From a virus (Duplodnaviria; Caudoviricetes): a DNA stretch of 56,043 nucleotides. Numbering within the stretch: the stretch's first letter is position 1; each line of letters starts with the position of its first letter. Shown piece after piece: positions 28,738 to 38,885 of the stretch. Made by a program: the position numbers and the translations under genes. Under the pieces are notes generated by a model. That model made no database searches and was not told the origin of the DNA. It saw only the letters and a program-made list of their open reading frames with translations. Location of the stretch: positions 1 to 56,043 of IMG/VR virus record IMGVR_UViG_3300044836_000026; one strand, 5' to 3'.

Positions 28738-29126
28738 ATTATAACAACTCTGATACGATTTCTTATTTTACAAACGCTTCCGGTAATGATTGCAGGGCTT
28801 TTGCATCTGACATCGTCACTTACGGTTGGAATTTTGCATGGACAGCGCGTTTCAATTTTACAACGCGCTTTATTAATTCGATGACAGATGTTTTTCAGAT
28901 TGAAAAGGATCACACGGTTGCCGCGTTGAATCTCTTAGGCGCGGCGAAGGATGCGGGGTATACCATTGATTATAGCGGGGCAAATATCATTGACACAAAT
29001 TCGGGCGGTGGTAGTCATCCGAATGCCGGAGCTTTCCATGTACATACTGATTGGATAGTTGTAAATTTACCACCACCTACAGTGTGTCTCGCGTCATTTT
29101 GGATAGAGCATAAAGCCGCCGCATGA
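28734..29126 (+). CDS. hypothetical protein
   Basis: ATGA-coupled on both sides. Confidence 0.65.
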   Translation: MNYNNSDTISYFTNASGNDCRAFASDIVTYGWNFAWTARFNFTTRFINSMTDVFQIEKDHTVAALNLLGAAKDAGYTIDYSGANIIDTNSGGGSHPNAGAFHVHTDWIVVNLPPPTVCLASFWIEHKAAA

Positions 29127-29560
29127 ATCTATACTCCGAAGGCAAAGAAGGTATGCTATTAACGATACGAAGATACAAGTCCAGTGATAAGGGTACGGTC
29201 GGAAGATTGTATGTCGATGGAGTGTATCAATGTTTCACGTTAGAAGATATTGTTCGCCCTGAGGGAGAAAAGATTTACGGAAAGACTGCTATTCCCGCCG
29301 GAAACTATGAAGTCATTATTGATATGTCAAAACGATTCGGGAAGCTAATGCCGCATGTTCTAAACGTGCCTATGTTTGACGGTATCCGTATTCACGCGGG
29401 AAACACAAGTGGAGACACTTTAGGATGCATTCTTGTAGGTAGAACAAATCCCGTTCGCGGACAAATCGGAGAGAGTCAACTTGCATTCGATGCGCTTATG
29501 TCAACGCTGAAGCACGGACTGCAAAACGGAAAGATTTTTTTGGATATAATGAACGCCTAA
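29123..29560 (+). CDS. DUF5675-family putative endolysin (L,D-transpeptidase-like)
   Basis: TLED, TAIPAG.Y, GIRIHAGNT..DT.GCILVG. Confidence 0.85.
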   Translation: MNLYSEGKEGMLLTIRRYKSSDKGTVGRLYVDGVYQCFTLEDIVRPEGEKIYGKTAIPAGNYEVIIDMSKRFGKLMPHVLNVPMFDGIRIHAGNTSGDTLGCILVGRTNPVRGQIGESQLAFDALMSTLKHGLQNGKIFLDIMNA

Positions 29561-29561
29561 A

Positions 29562-29747
29562 ATGGGACTAATTGAAATCGTTATAGTATTGATAGTCATA
29601 GGGCTTTTGCTCTGGTTAGTCAATACCATGATACCAATGGACGCGAAGATCAAAACGATTCTCAATGTCGTTGTAGTTATCGCGGTCATTCTTTGGCTTG
29701 TAAAGGCATTCTTTCCTGAAATCGGAAATATTCACGTCGGAAAGTGA
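29562..29747 (+). CDS. small two-TM protein (Thivi_2564-like)
   Basis: LIVIGLLLWLVN..IPMDAKIKTILNVVVVIAVILW. Confidence 0.75.
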   Translation: MGLIEIVIVLIVIGLLLWLVNTMIPMDAKIKTILNVVVVIAVILWLVKAFFPEIGNIHVGK

Positions 29748-29893
29748 GCACGATTTACACTACCGTATCATACGGGCTGTTCTTTGGAGCGTTCTTTGTC
29801 GCCGGGTATATGCGTTTACTTGGTGAGGGTATCTTTTTGATGCTTGCCTGTATCGGTTGGAGCTTGTTACCGAGATTGAATTTTCACAAATAA
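29744..29893 (+). CDS. small hydrophobic protein (49 aa, not in ORF track)
   Basis: GTGA overlap with upstream stop; two hydrophobic stretches. Confidence 0.5.
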   Translation: MSTIYTTVSYGLFFGAFFVAGYMRLLGEGIFLMLACIGWSLLPRLNFHK

Positions 29894-29897
29894 TCTT

Positions 29898-30134
29898 ATG
29901 ATGATAGAACTAAGTAGAGAGTGCAAAGCGTGTAAAGGGAAATGCGTTCAAAAGCGCAATGACGGGATTAAAATTGAATGCCCATCCTGTAAAGGTGAGG
30001 GCATCATTTATGCATCTCCCAACATTGAATATCAGTCGCCAAAGTTATCCGAATGGAGTACGCAACCGTTCATAGTATGGGATAGCGCTCCTGTATTAGA
30101 CGGTAACGTGCAAAATTGTTATTTATCACACTAA
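29898..30134 (+). CDS. small DnaJ-type zinc-finger protein
   Basis: CKACKG..CPSCKGEG. Confidence 0.6.
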   Translation: MMIELSRECKACKGKCVQKRNDGIKIECPSCKGEGIIYASPNIEYQSPKLSEWSTQPFIVWDSAPVLDGNVQNCYLSH

Positions 30135-30144
30135 TAAAAAATAT

Positions 30145-30456
30145 ATGCCTAATAACTTCTTAGAAAAATTCAATCCAATGAAGCTCATTTCGAGTGGGCT
30201 TCTTAACTCGTTGCCTTTTATCCTTAGTTCTGTATCGGAACACGCACCTGAAATGGTGACGAAAATTCAGGAACAGATCAAAGCAAAGACGGCAACGAAA
30301 GAGCAAGTCAAACAGGATATTCGGAACATCTTCTTAACAGCCGAAGATTTTACACCGGATGCTGTAGATGCTTGCCTTGAAACACTTAATCAAATCATTG
30401 ACCTTGCTTTTGTTCTTGAAGAACAGGTGGAGGTCGCATTCCCACCGAAAGCATAA
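30145..30456 (+). CDS. hypothetical helical protein
   Basis: ORF in operon. Confidence 0.6.
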   Translation: MPNNFLEKFNPMKLISSGLLNSLPFILSSVSEHAPEMVTKIQEQIKAKTATKEQVKQDIRNIFLTAEDFTPDAVDACLETLNQIIDLAFVLEEQVEVAFPPKA

Positions 30457-30511
30457 TGCTAAAGCGAATTAAAGCATGGTGGGAAAACTTTAAGAAAGAA
30501 ATGAGGCCATA

Positions 30512-30784
30512 ATGTTAGGAATAGGTCAAAGCGGAAAGAGTTGGCAAACTACATTTTTTGGAGTGCTGACAATCTTATGTGGCGCGGCGGTTGTCGTTGG
30601 GGCTTTCATCGTTCCAACGGTTGCCGTGATTGCTATTCCTGCCGGACTTGGATTCATGACTGCCGGAATGGTGGGGCTTAAGGCTAAAGATGTTGGTGTG
30701 ACCGGAGTACCGAATGCACAAAACCCAAAAGATATGGCCGTCACGCCTGAAAAGAAAATTGACATTCCGATCAAAACACAATGA
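30512..30784 (+). CDS. holin-like two-TM protein
   Basis: KSWQTT..G...GLKAKD pattern seen in small phage holin-like proteins. Confidence 0.6.
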   Translation: MLGIGQSGKSWQTTFFGVLTILCGAAVVVGAFIVPTVAVIAIPAGLGFMTAGMVGLKAKDVGVTGVPNAQNPKDMAVTPEKKIDIPIKTQ

Positions 30785-31068
30785 TAGAATTCTTTTTATT
30801 CATTGTCTCCATCGCTTCCGTTACGGGAGTGATTCTATTTTCACGATTCATTAAACTATTTATTAAATTCATGGACAAAGTACAGCAAATTTCAGACGCG
30901 GTAGATGCACTGCAAACATCCCTGAGCACTAAGTTTCAGTCATTGATTGATGAAGTTAGTGCACTACAAGCGGCGGACAACGGGATTGACCCGACACTTC
31001 TTGACCCTATTCTAACAAAGATTAACGGGCTAAAGGATACCGTGGATAATTTCGACGTTACTCCGTAA
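30781..31068 (+). CDS. TM plus coiled-coil protein
   Basis: N-terminal TM, heptad-rich acidic C-terminus. Confidence 0.55.
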   Translation: MIEFFLFIVSIASVTGVILFSRFIKLFIKFMDKVQQISDAVDALQTSLSTKFQSLIDEVSALQAADNGIDPTLLDPILTKINGLKDTVDNFDVTP

Positions 31069-31180
31069 ATAAAAGTTTAGTCAATAGACTAAAATGCGGG
31101 TTACAATATCAAAGGGTACAGGTGAAGGGGCAAACTATCAATACTAACTTTGCCTGTGTCCTTTTTTAATAATACGAATC

Positions 31181-31750
31181 ATGGCAGTAGCAAATCCATT
31201 TTATAGTTTTGTTCTTGGATTCGGCAGAGACTGGTTCTTTCAGCCTGCCGGAAACTCAGAGCCTATAAAAGTATATCGCATCCTTACCAGTAGCGCAACG
31301 AATCCATGCGTTATTACTACCGTTGACAATACTTCAATAGTGGATAATGATAACGTAGTTATTTACTTGCACAATGGAAACGATGCTGTTGTCGGTTCAA
31401 ATGACGGCAATTGGGTAGCTACGCGTACAGGTTCAAAAACATTTACTATTCCGGTAGCAGGACTGAACATCGGTACTGGTGGATATGTAGCCGTGTGCAA
31501 CGACGGTACGGGAGTAACTGCTATTACTTGCCTAATAAAAGAATCCCATACTGAAAATGCCACGATCAATATAACAAAGAGCGGAGTAATGGATACGGCA
31601 AATCTTTTTCAATTCCATTTCTCTTTTACTGCTACAGACATACAAAATCTGACTCCCGGAAGGCAGTATGCAAGAAGTATTTTTTACACGGATGCAGACG
31701 GGAACAAACAGCTTTTAATCAGTGACGAAATTACAGTATACTCACGATGA
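31181..31750 (+). CDS. virion-type beta protein (BppU-like C-terminal half)
   Basis: SATNPCVITT module; FSFTATD.QNLTPG.QY motif. Confidence 0.5.
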   Translation: MAVANPFYSFVLGFGRDWFFQPAGNSEPIKVYRILTSSATNPCVITTVDNTSIVDNDNVVIYLHNGNDAVVGSNDGNWVATRTGSKTFTIPVAGLNIGTGGYVAVCNDGTGVTAITCLIKESHTENATINITKSGVMDTANLFQFHFSFTATDIQNLTPGRQYARSIFYTDADGNKQLLISDEITVYSR

Positions 31751-32091
31751 ACGCAATTATCAATAATACTCCTTATCCGGTGGTAGTTGATGCGACGTTG
31801 GGCGTGTCTATAATTCTTGTTGCTTCAAGTGGAGGCGGTGGTGGGTTGTCGGTTTCCGATTTAGCAAATAATCATACGGCTGAAAGCGAAGCCCCGGCAG
31901 AAACGCCGGACGGGGTTATAACTGATTTTATGTTCAGTCATTCCATATTAAAGGTATACGCTCTTTTAATAAATGGACAGGGGATAAGCGAAGGTTCTGG
32001 TACGGGTGAATACATGAAAGCAAACGATCAAATTATTTTCGATATTCCGCCCGCGATAGGCGACGTTATAAGAATTACTTATCTGTATTAA
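31747..32091 (+). CDS. small fibre-associated beta domain
   Basis: E.P..TPDGV.TDF..LINGQ..Y..IIF..PPAIGDVIRITY. Confidence 0.55.
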   Translation: MNAIINNTPYPVVVDATLGVSIILVASSGGGGGLSVSDLANNHTAESEAPAETPDGVITDFMFSHSILKVYALLINGQGISEGSGTGEYMKANDQIIFDIPPAIGDVIRITYLY

Positions 32092-35000
32092 TGAAAAAAT
32101 TACTTTTCATACTATTCTTTTTATTGTTCGCGGCTTCGGTTATTGCACAAGTCCCACTTACCGTCCGGCAGGGTGGTAGTGGTACGAATACGATCACAGG
32201 GCTTATCTTTGGTCACGGACAAAACCCGTTCACTGGACTTGCAAACGGAAGTAATGGAACAGTCTTAACTATGGTGGGTAGTACCCCAACGTGGGTAACG
32301 CCTACTGGCGGTATGGCTATAGGAAATACCGTAACTGGTTCTTCAACCGGAGCCGTTCTGTTCATCAATGGGACGAACGGTGATATGCTTGCCCAAGATA
32401 ATAATAATTTCTTTTATGATTCATCGTGCAGGTGTTTAGCCATAGCTTCAAATGGCAATGGGGCCTTAACGTCTTTCAGTGTTGGCAGTAGTTTTCAATT
32501 TCAGGTTACATCTGCCGGAGATTTGACAGCGATTAAAGGAGTGACGTATTCGTGGCCTTCTTTGCAAGGTGGGGCAAATACATATTTGAAAAACAACGGT
32601 TCTGGGGCTTTGAGTTGGGCAACGGTATCCGGTGGCGGTGGGTTGACGAATTGGATTGACTCCTTAGCTACAAACCCGCCGAATGATGTGGGTACTCCGG
32701 TTGCGGCGTTTGTAGCTATGAATGCGGCTACTGATGTAACTGTAGTTGTTCAACCTAAAGGCGACGGTGCGTTTTCTGTTGTGATACCGGATAATACCAC
32801 GGCGGGCGGTAACATATTAGGCGTTCAGGCTTTCAATGGCCAATCGCATAGAGACGATCCGACACAAACAGCAAGCGGAGCAAATTCTTCAATCGGTGGT
32901 GGGTACGGAAATACTACGGCGGGAAATGGTGGTGTAGTTGGTGGTGGATTTTTTAATAATAATAATTCAAACTTTTCTTTTATCGGTGGTGGGTATCAAA
33001 ACCTAATAGATAACGCGGACTACTCTTCTATTATTTGCGGGAGAATTGATACGATAGAAAGCGGGGCGAGTCGTTCTGTTATTTTAGGCGGTGAAGGGTT
33101 GACATTAACTCAGGCGGGTTCGCTTGGATTTTTAGCCGGAAATCCTAATGCAATGAGGTTTACCGATAACGGATTCATTCTTGGTAATGCCGATTTGTAT
33201 CTCGGGACGAACAGCGGGAATAACCCGAGCGGCATAAGATTTTATACCGATAATGCAACCGTAGGTGACTTCCCAAACGGAACAAATTATTTAGCATTTC
33301 GCGCCCCGAATTCTCTATCTTCTTCCGTGGATTATACATTCCCGAATGGAGACGGCGCGGATTCATCGGTTCTTTCAACTCATGGAGACGGTACTCTTTT
33401 CTGGCAAACAGTAACAGGCGGAGGCGGTGGTTCCGGTACAGTTACATCCGTAGCCCTTACAGTACCTTCTATTTTTTCCGTATCTGGTAGCCCGGTCACA
33501 ACATCCGGCACTCTCGCTGTAACGCTTGCCACTCAGACTCAGAACAAGGTTTTCGCATCCCCGAACGGTTCAACCGGAGTACCAGCTTTTAGGGCTTTAG
33601 TTGCGGCGGATATTCCTAATTTAGACGCGTCAATTCTAACAGCGGGTACATTGCTTGCCGCTCGTATGCCAGCACTCACGGGGGATGTTACTACAACCGT
33701 TGGAACAGTAGCTACTACAATCGCAAATAACGTCGTTACGTATGCGAAGATGCAAGCAGTTTCGACAACCTCAAAACTGTTAGGTTCATCCTCTACGACT
33801 ACACCAGTTCAGGAAATTACCATTGGTACGGGTTTATCATTAAGCGGTACGACATTAACAGGCAACACCGGAACAGTCACTTCGGTAGGGTTAGCATTAC
33901 CCGCTGAGTTTTCAATCTCAAATTCTCCGATCACTACTACAGGGACACTAACAGGCGCGTGGCAATCACAGACACAAAACAAATTCTTTGCCTCTCCGAA
34001 TGGCAGTAGCGGTACGCCCTCATTCCGTGCGATTGTAGCGGCGGATGTACCGACGTTGAACCAGAACACTACCGGGAGCGCGGCAACTCTTACAACTCCG
34101 AGAGCAATTAATGGAACAAATTTCGACGGTTCAGCGGCTATTACAGTAACGGCGGCGGCGGGGACACTCACCGGAACGACGCTTAATTCTACCGTTGTGA
34201 CATCCTCCCTCACGTCCGTAGGGACGCTCACAGGCGGTTCTACAGGTTCGGGGTTCACCGTAGCACTCGGAACCTCAACGATCACTGGAGCACTCACGGA
34301 AACGCATGGGGGGACGAATCAAACGACCTACACAACCGGGGACATTCTCTATGCATCCGCATCAAATACACTCTCAAAACTTGCCATAGGCAGTAACGGT
34401 AAATACCTCTCTATCTCTTCCGGCATACCCGCGTGGGTGACGTTATCGGCTTTATCTAATCCCATGACAACAACCGGGGATATTATCTATTCATCGGATA
34501 ATTCAGGAACCCCGGCGCGGAGAGCAATCGGTTCATCTGGGGATGTGCTTACGGTTTCAGGCGGCGTGCCTGTTTGGGCCGCTCCTTCGGGCGGGGGTGG
34601 AATATCTGGGGCTACGAATAAAGGCGCGATGTACGCAACGGGAGCCACTACAGGAACAAGCACGGGTGCAATGACGGACGGGCAACTCTTAATAGGTTCG
34701 TCTTCCGGCAACCCGGCTTTAGCCACGATAACGGCAGGGGGTGGAACGACGGTTACCAACGGCGCGAATAGTATCACTATCTCTTCACCAGTCAAAGCGT
34801 ACAGTGTGACGGTGAATTCAGCGGGGCCGAGTTCATCGGCAGAAACAGACATTATTTCAGCTTCTATTCCGGCTAATGATTTTACCGATGGGGACGAAAT
34901 GTTTATTTCATTTATTGATAGTAGTATGAATAATTCTGGTGGCGCAGTGCATCTTACTGTTAATTTCTACTGGGGAGCAAATTCTGCCGCAATAAATACC

Positions 35001-35270
35001 GGATCTACTATAGGTTCAGGTCCGAATCCGGCGCAGATATTAAAGGAGCTTCGCGTAAAAAGGTCGGGCAACACTCTTTGGGCGACATTCACGCCGCCAT
35101 CGGTTTCACTTACTACGGATTTATTTGCAGGGGGTTCCGGAAATAAACTGTATGGCAATTCTTTTTCATCAACTACCACAATAAAACTAACGGCACAATG
35201 GGATACATCGAATGCCAACGTTTATTTAATTCCGTTAGCGGCACGAGTCGAAAGGCATTCTCACAATTAA
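32091..35270 (+). CDS. tail-fibre-like repeat protein with N-terminal Sec signal peptide
   Basis: MKKLLFILFFLLFAASVIA/Q; GTVTSV, FRALVAADIP, HGGTNQT, GDVLTV fibre modules. Confidence 0.75.
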   Translation: MKKLLFILFFLLFAASVIAQVPLTVRQGGSGTNTITGLIFGHGQNPFTGLANGSNGTVLTMVGSTPTWVTPTGGMAIGNTVTGSSTGAVLFINGTNGDMLAQDNNNFFYDSSCRCLAIASNGNGALTSFSVGSSFQFQVTSAGDLTAIKGVTYSWPSLQGGANTYLKNNGSGALSWATVSGGGGLTNWIDSLATNPPNDVGTPVAAFVAMNAATDVTVVVQPKGDGAFSVVIPDNTTAGGNILGVQAFNGQSHRDDPTQTASGANSSIGGGYGNTTAGNGGVVGGGFFNNNNSNFSFIGGGYQNLIDNADYSSIICGRIDTIESGASRSVILGGEGLTLTQAGSLGFLAGNPNAMRFTDNGFILGNADLYLGTNSGNNPSGIRFYTDNATVGDFPNGTNYLAFRAPNSLSSSVDYTFPNGDGADSSVLSTHGDGTLFWQTVTGGGGGSGTVTSVALTVPSIFSVSGSPVTTSGTLAVTLATQTQNKVFASPNGSTGVPAFRALVAADIPNLDASILTAGTLLAARMPALTGDVTTTVGTVATTIANNVVTYAKMQAVSTTSKLLGSSSTTTPVQEITIGTGLSLSGTTLTGNTGTVTSVGLALPAEFSISNSPITTTGTLTGAWQSQTQNKFFASPNGSSGTPSFRAIVAADVPTLNQNTTGSAATLTTPRAINGTNFDGSAAITVTAAAGTLTGTTLNSTVVTSSLTSVGTLTGGSTGSGFTVALGTSTITGALTETHGGTNQTTYTTGDILYASASNTLSKLAIGSNGKYLSISSGIPAWVTLSALSNPMTTTGDIIYSSDNSGTPARRAIGSSGDVLTVSGGVPVWAAPSGGGGISGATNKGAMYATGATTGTSTGAMTDGQLLIGSSSGNPALATITAGGGTTVTNGANSITISSPVKAYSVTVNSAGPSSSAETDIISASIPANDFTDGDEMFISFIDSSMNNSGGAVHLTVNFYWGANSAAINTGSTIGSGPNPAQILKELRVKRSGNTLWATFTPPSVSLTTDLFAGGSGNKLYGNSFSSTTTIKLTAQWDTSNANVYLIPLAARVERHSHN
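33435..34058 (+). repeat. duplicated ~63-aa fibre module
   Basis: GTVTSV...QTQNK.FASPNGS.G.P.FRA.VAAD.P.L at ~33435 and ~33870. Confidence 0.85.
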
Positions 35271-35304
35271 TTAGTTTTTGTGTTAACTAATCTAAAATAC
35301 TAAA

Positions 35305-35547
35305 ATGAATATACCTATAGGGGGAATCATAGCTTGGCGGGAAGAGATGCCCGTTCCGTTGGGTTTTATTGTAGTCGATGGGTCGGATAACCATCTTATT
35401 TCAGAGGCCCCAGACTTAGCGGAGTTTTTGGGTACAACTTTCGGAGCGGGGTATAACCCTATAACGATGTATGCGATGCCGCATGCCCCAGATCAAGATA
35501 ATGAGTATAATGGCGTCATATGGATAATGTGCGCTGTTAACGAGTAA
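35305..35547 (+). CDS. tail-collar-domain-like protein
   Basis: IPIGGIIAW..VPLGFIVVDGS..PDLAEFLGTTFG. Confidence 0.7.
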   Translation: MNIPIGGIIAWREEMPVPLGFIVVDGSDNHLISEAPDLAEFLGTTFGAGYNPITMYAMPHAPDQDNEYNGVIWIMCAVNE

Positions 35548-35550
35548 TCC

Positions 35551-35730
35551 ATGATGCCCGAAGACAAAGTATTCATGGACGCTGTAGCGGAGTATCTTCA
35601 CCAACATCCCCACAACGAGGATGCAACGGAAGAAGAGATTGACGCAACCCACCAACATGCGGTTGAATTCGCAAAGGCAGAGAAAATGAAGTTTCGCACC
35701 ACCTCACAAGCCCCGGAAAGCGAAAGGTGA
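35551..35730 (+). CDS. small hypothetical protein (59 aa, not in ORF track)
   Basis: Open frame MMPEDKVF...; last gene before terminator. Confidence 0.5.
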   Translation: MMPEDKVFMDAVAEYLHQHPHNEDATEEEIDATHQHAVEFAKAEKMKFRTTSQAPESER

Positions 35731-35765
35731 TGTTCCGGGGTTAGTTTCCATGTTGGTTTCTCGTG

Positions 35766-35795
35766 AAGCCGCTCTGTTTTTGGGGCGGCTTTTTT
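35766..35795 (+). terminator. intrinsic terminator ending the late region
   Basis: AAGCCGCTC...GGGGCGGCTT then T-run. Confidence 0.8.
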
Positions 35796-35933
35796 ATTAT
35801 TATCTAACTAAAATGCAGAAAAGTATAACAAGAAAATTGACTGATTTTCAGAATCGTTGTTTTTGAACCGCATCCTGCAATTATTTATTTATGGTTATAT
35901 AGAAATATGTTTGTTTCTAAAACTAAATCCTTG

Positions 35934-35941
35934 TATATTTG
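35934..35941 (+). promoter_or_regulatory. Bacteroidota-type -7 element heading the early region
   Basis: TATATTTG in an AT-rich intergenic gap. Confidence 0.6.
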
Positions 35942-35988
35942 TACTACGAAACAGGGCGACAATTTTTAACAAGCCTGTTCAATCGACA

Positions 35989-36503
35989 ATGGTAACGACT
36001 ATCAGTAATTCAGTTAAGACGTGTAAATATGATGATCTCAATTTAGATCAGGCACTCAGCAATTTACGCTTCCGATGTAGTGAAGCAGTTGGTTCGGTTA
36101 TTATCATATGGTATGATCTTAAGCCAATGCAATGTTATATGATACACAAGCATAATGGCTTCTACCCAATTTCAGTTGAATTGGCTAACGATCTCGACAA
36201 GAGCTACTCCGAAGATCGGAAAGCGGTATGATTTTCAGTCAATTTTTGTATTAAAATACAGGCATGTCAGATACAGCATTCGCATACGGTTTGAACGTAA
36301 AGGACTTTCGAGAACTCTATAACGACGCGATTGCAGAGGAACGGTTTCATAACGAGAGAACTATTCCAAATCACATTAAATGTGAGCACCATCAGAATAT
36401 GTCTAAGCAGTGTCGCATATTCCAAAATCAGATATTAGAATACTGCGAAAGCATCGGCATTGACCGCGAAGAGGTAACGGGCAAAATCTCAGTTAAACAA
36501 TGA
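35989..36503 (+). other. two small hypothetical early genes (35989-36231, 36264-36503)
   Basis: Tandem ORFs after the promoter. Confidence 0.55.
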
Positions 36504-36504
36504 A

Positions 36505-36717
36505 ATGAAAATCTTAAAAACAAAACTAAAGCATGGCGACGCTTCGAAGATCGCGGAGGCGTGGAAGTTAACCCCGCAATCAATAACTAACATTTTATCA
36601 GGAAAAACGAAATATATTTCTACTGAAATGACCCGGTACTTAGCGGACTTCGTGGGTTGCCCGATTGAAGAAATTGCAACCGAGGCGAACGGGGAATTTT
36701 ATCTGAAAAACATCTGA
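36505..36717 (+). CDS. Cro-like HTH protein
   Basis: ASKIAEAWKLTPQSITNILSGK. Confidence 0.75.
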   Translation: MKILKTKLKHGDASKIAEAWKLTPQSITNILSGKTKYISTEMTRYLADFVGCPIEEIATEANGEFYLKNI

Positions 36718-36742
36718 ACTTATTTGAATTCAAAACACAACA

Positions 36743-37231
36743 ATGACAACACAAATTTTTGAAAGTTACGGCGCATTTTTGAAGCGCACAGATAAAACGA
36801 TCAATGGCGTTACTCAGGCTTTCGCAGATGCAAATCCGGGTTGGGGTAAGGATGGAAATAACGGAGGCTATTGGAATTGCTCCGGTTGCTCCGATTACTT
36901 AGGTTGCTCCGATTGTTTCCCAGATATTCCCATTATTGAAAATATTCACCAGAAAATTTTAGCCGCTATTCAAGACAATGGCAATAGTCTAAATATGTCA
37001 GAATGGCATACGTGCAATACCACTCACTGCCGTGGTGGGTGGGCTGTATTTTTGGCAGGTGAAAAAGGAAAGGAATTAGAGAATAATACTTCCACATTAT
37101 TTGCCGCGATGCAAATTTACAAAGCATCATCACCGATCCGTGTCTATTCGCCGCGTTTTTTTGAAACAGATGAAATCGCAATGAAGGATATAATTCGTTG
37201 CGCTCAAGAAGAGGAAGGATTAGTGAAATGA
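36743..37231 (+). CDS. phage protein with short CSx repeat and WHTC.TTHCR.GW domain
   Basis: CSGCSDYLGCSDC then IPIIENIHQKI...WHTCNTTHCRGGW. Confidence 0.7.
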   Translation: MTTQIFESYGAFLKRTDKTINGVTQAFADANPGWGKDGNNGGYWNCSGCSDYLGCSDCFPDIPIIENIHQKILAAIQDNGNSLNMSEWHTCNTTHCRGGWAVFLAGEKGKELENNTSTLFAAMQIYKASSPIRVYSPRFFETDEIAMKDIIRCAQEEEGLVK

Positions 37232-38850
37232 TTTCATTTGACCAACAAACCGACAGACTCCGCGAGTCTCAGGAAGTAGAGAACGACCTTACTACCGTGA
37301 TTGACTGGAATTCCGTAACCGAGAACTCTGCACTTTTCGACATGGAATATCTGGGTGAAGTTTACAGCGGCAAAATGATGTGGGAGGGCGGCAGGGCGCG
37401 TCTCATTTCTTGCACCCGTGGAATGCCAGAGAACGCACGGTATGAAGTGATAGTAGCTTTCGAGAATCTTGAATTACTTACACCAATAGAAGAAGAGGAA
37501 CAGGTTATATGAAGAGAGATATTTCAGATTGGTTCGGTGACATATGTTTTTGGCTTCCTGATAAGATGGAAGAATGGAACTGGCCTAAGCCGATACGATT
37601 CTTTCTTACTACATTTTTAACACAACAACTCATATGAGATACGAAATATCAGATCACTCAGTAGAAACAGTCAGGGAATCGCTTGTTAATTTGAACGATT
37701 TATCTTCGCGACTTGACCGCATGGCAATCTTTAATGAGCTAACGCCGAGCAATGTTCTAAGTATAACAGAAGACATACGGCAAATGATAATGTACATCTT
37801 TAGGGAATTGCCAGTTATTCAACCGGAGGAAGCGACATGAAAACATTTATCATAATCGCTCTCCTTTTCTCCATCAGTTCAGCCGAACCGATCACGAAGA
37901 AACAGGATAGGTTAACGCAGATTTTCAACAGGCAGTATGACAGCCTCTACAAGTTTCATTCATTCCACAGCGCGGACTCTGTTTCAGCAGTGAGACGAAT
38001 GAAGAGGACTCAGGTATTAATCAGTAAACAGAAATGACAGACCAACTCGCATCCGAAGTATTTACCGCCGCGTGGATTACAATCGGCATCTTCATTATCG
38101 CATCCCTTCTCTACATCCGACAGAATGATAAGAAGATAAACCAACCACAACCGGAGAGTGATAGACATTTGAATTTCATGGAGAAGAGAGATGCACACTT
38201 AATGAAAATAAGGACAAAATAATTTTAAACCAACAAAAATCAATGGAGCAAGCCGGGTTTATTCGAGACGAAAAAGGTATTCTATGGGATAAGAAACAAA
38301 TCTCAAAAGAAGCGGCAATGGCACTTTATGAGTCTAAAATATGGGTAGAGTGGAGCTTTCAGCAGAAATCAAGATTCCAACTTTTCCAACAAAGGCTATC
38401 AATGCCATTCGATAAGTTTCATAAAGCGGTAGAAAAAACATTAAACCGCTCTGTTTGGACGCATGAATTCGGCTTATCTTTCAAAGGTATTCAGGAAGAA
38501 TTTTTAGGAATCAAGAACGCACCTTCTTTTGAAGACATTATGAATTTGATTCCAGAAGAGAAGCGTATATTTATAACAATTTAATTTATTAAAACCAAAT
38601 GGAACAAACCCCAGCAAGAACCAAGATCACACCACAAGCGCAGGACTTATTCACCGTCCTCATGAGCGAAGACACCGCTCCATACGATACATTTCGAGCT
38701 TCACTAAAGCAACAGGTATCCAGTGAGGTTATGAAGAACGCCGCGAACTATTCCAACCCTAAAGAAATGGAAGCGGCTATAAAGGGCATCTATAACGAAC
38801 GTTTGAAGGATGCTAAAAAGCTGTTCCGTGAAATATCGGTAAACATCTAA
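37228..38850 (+). other. cluster of small hypothetical genes (37228-37512, 37634-37840, 37837-38037, 38034-38222, 38243-38584, 38599-38850)
   Basis: Closely packed, often ATGA-coupled ORFs; two have N-terminal hydrophobic segments. Confidence 0.6.
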
Positions 38851-38885
38851 ATTTCGGTTTTCACGTGACTCTTCAAAGAGTTACG

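Noticed and set aside
28734-29126. Peptidase M15-like second lysin (FHVH motif)
   Set aside because: Other zinc-ligand motifs are not recognisable
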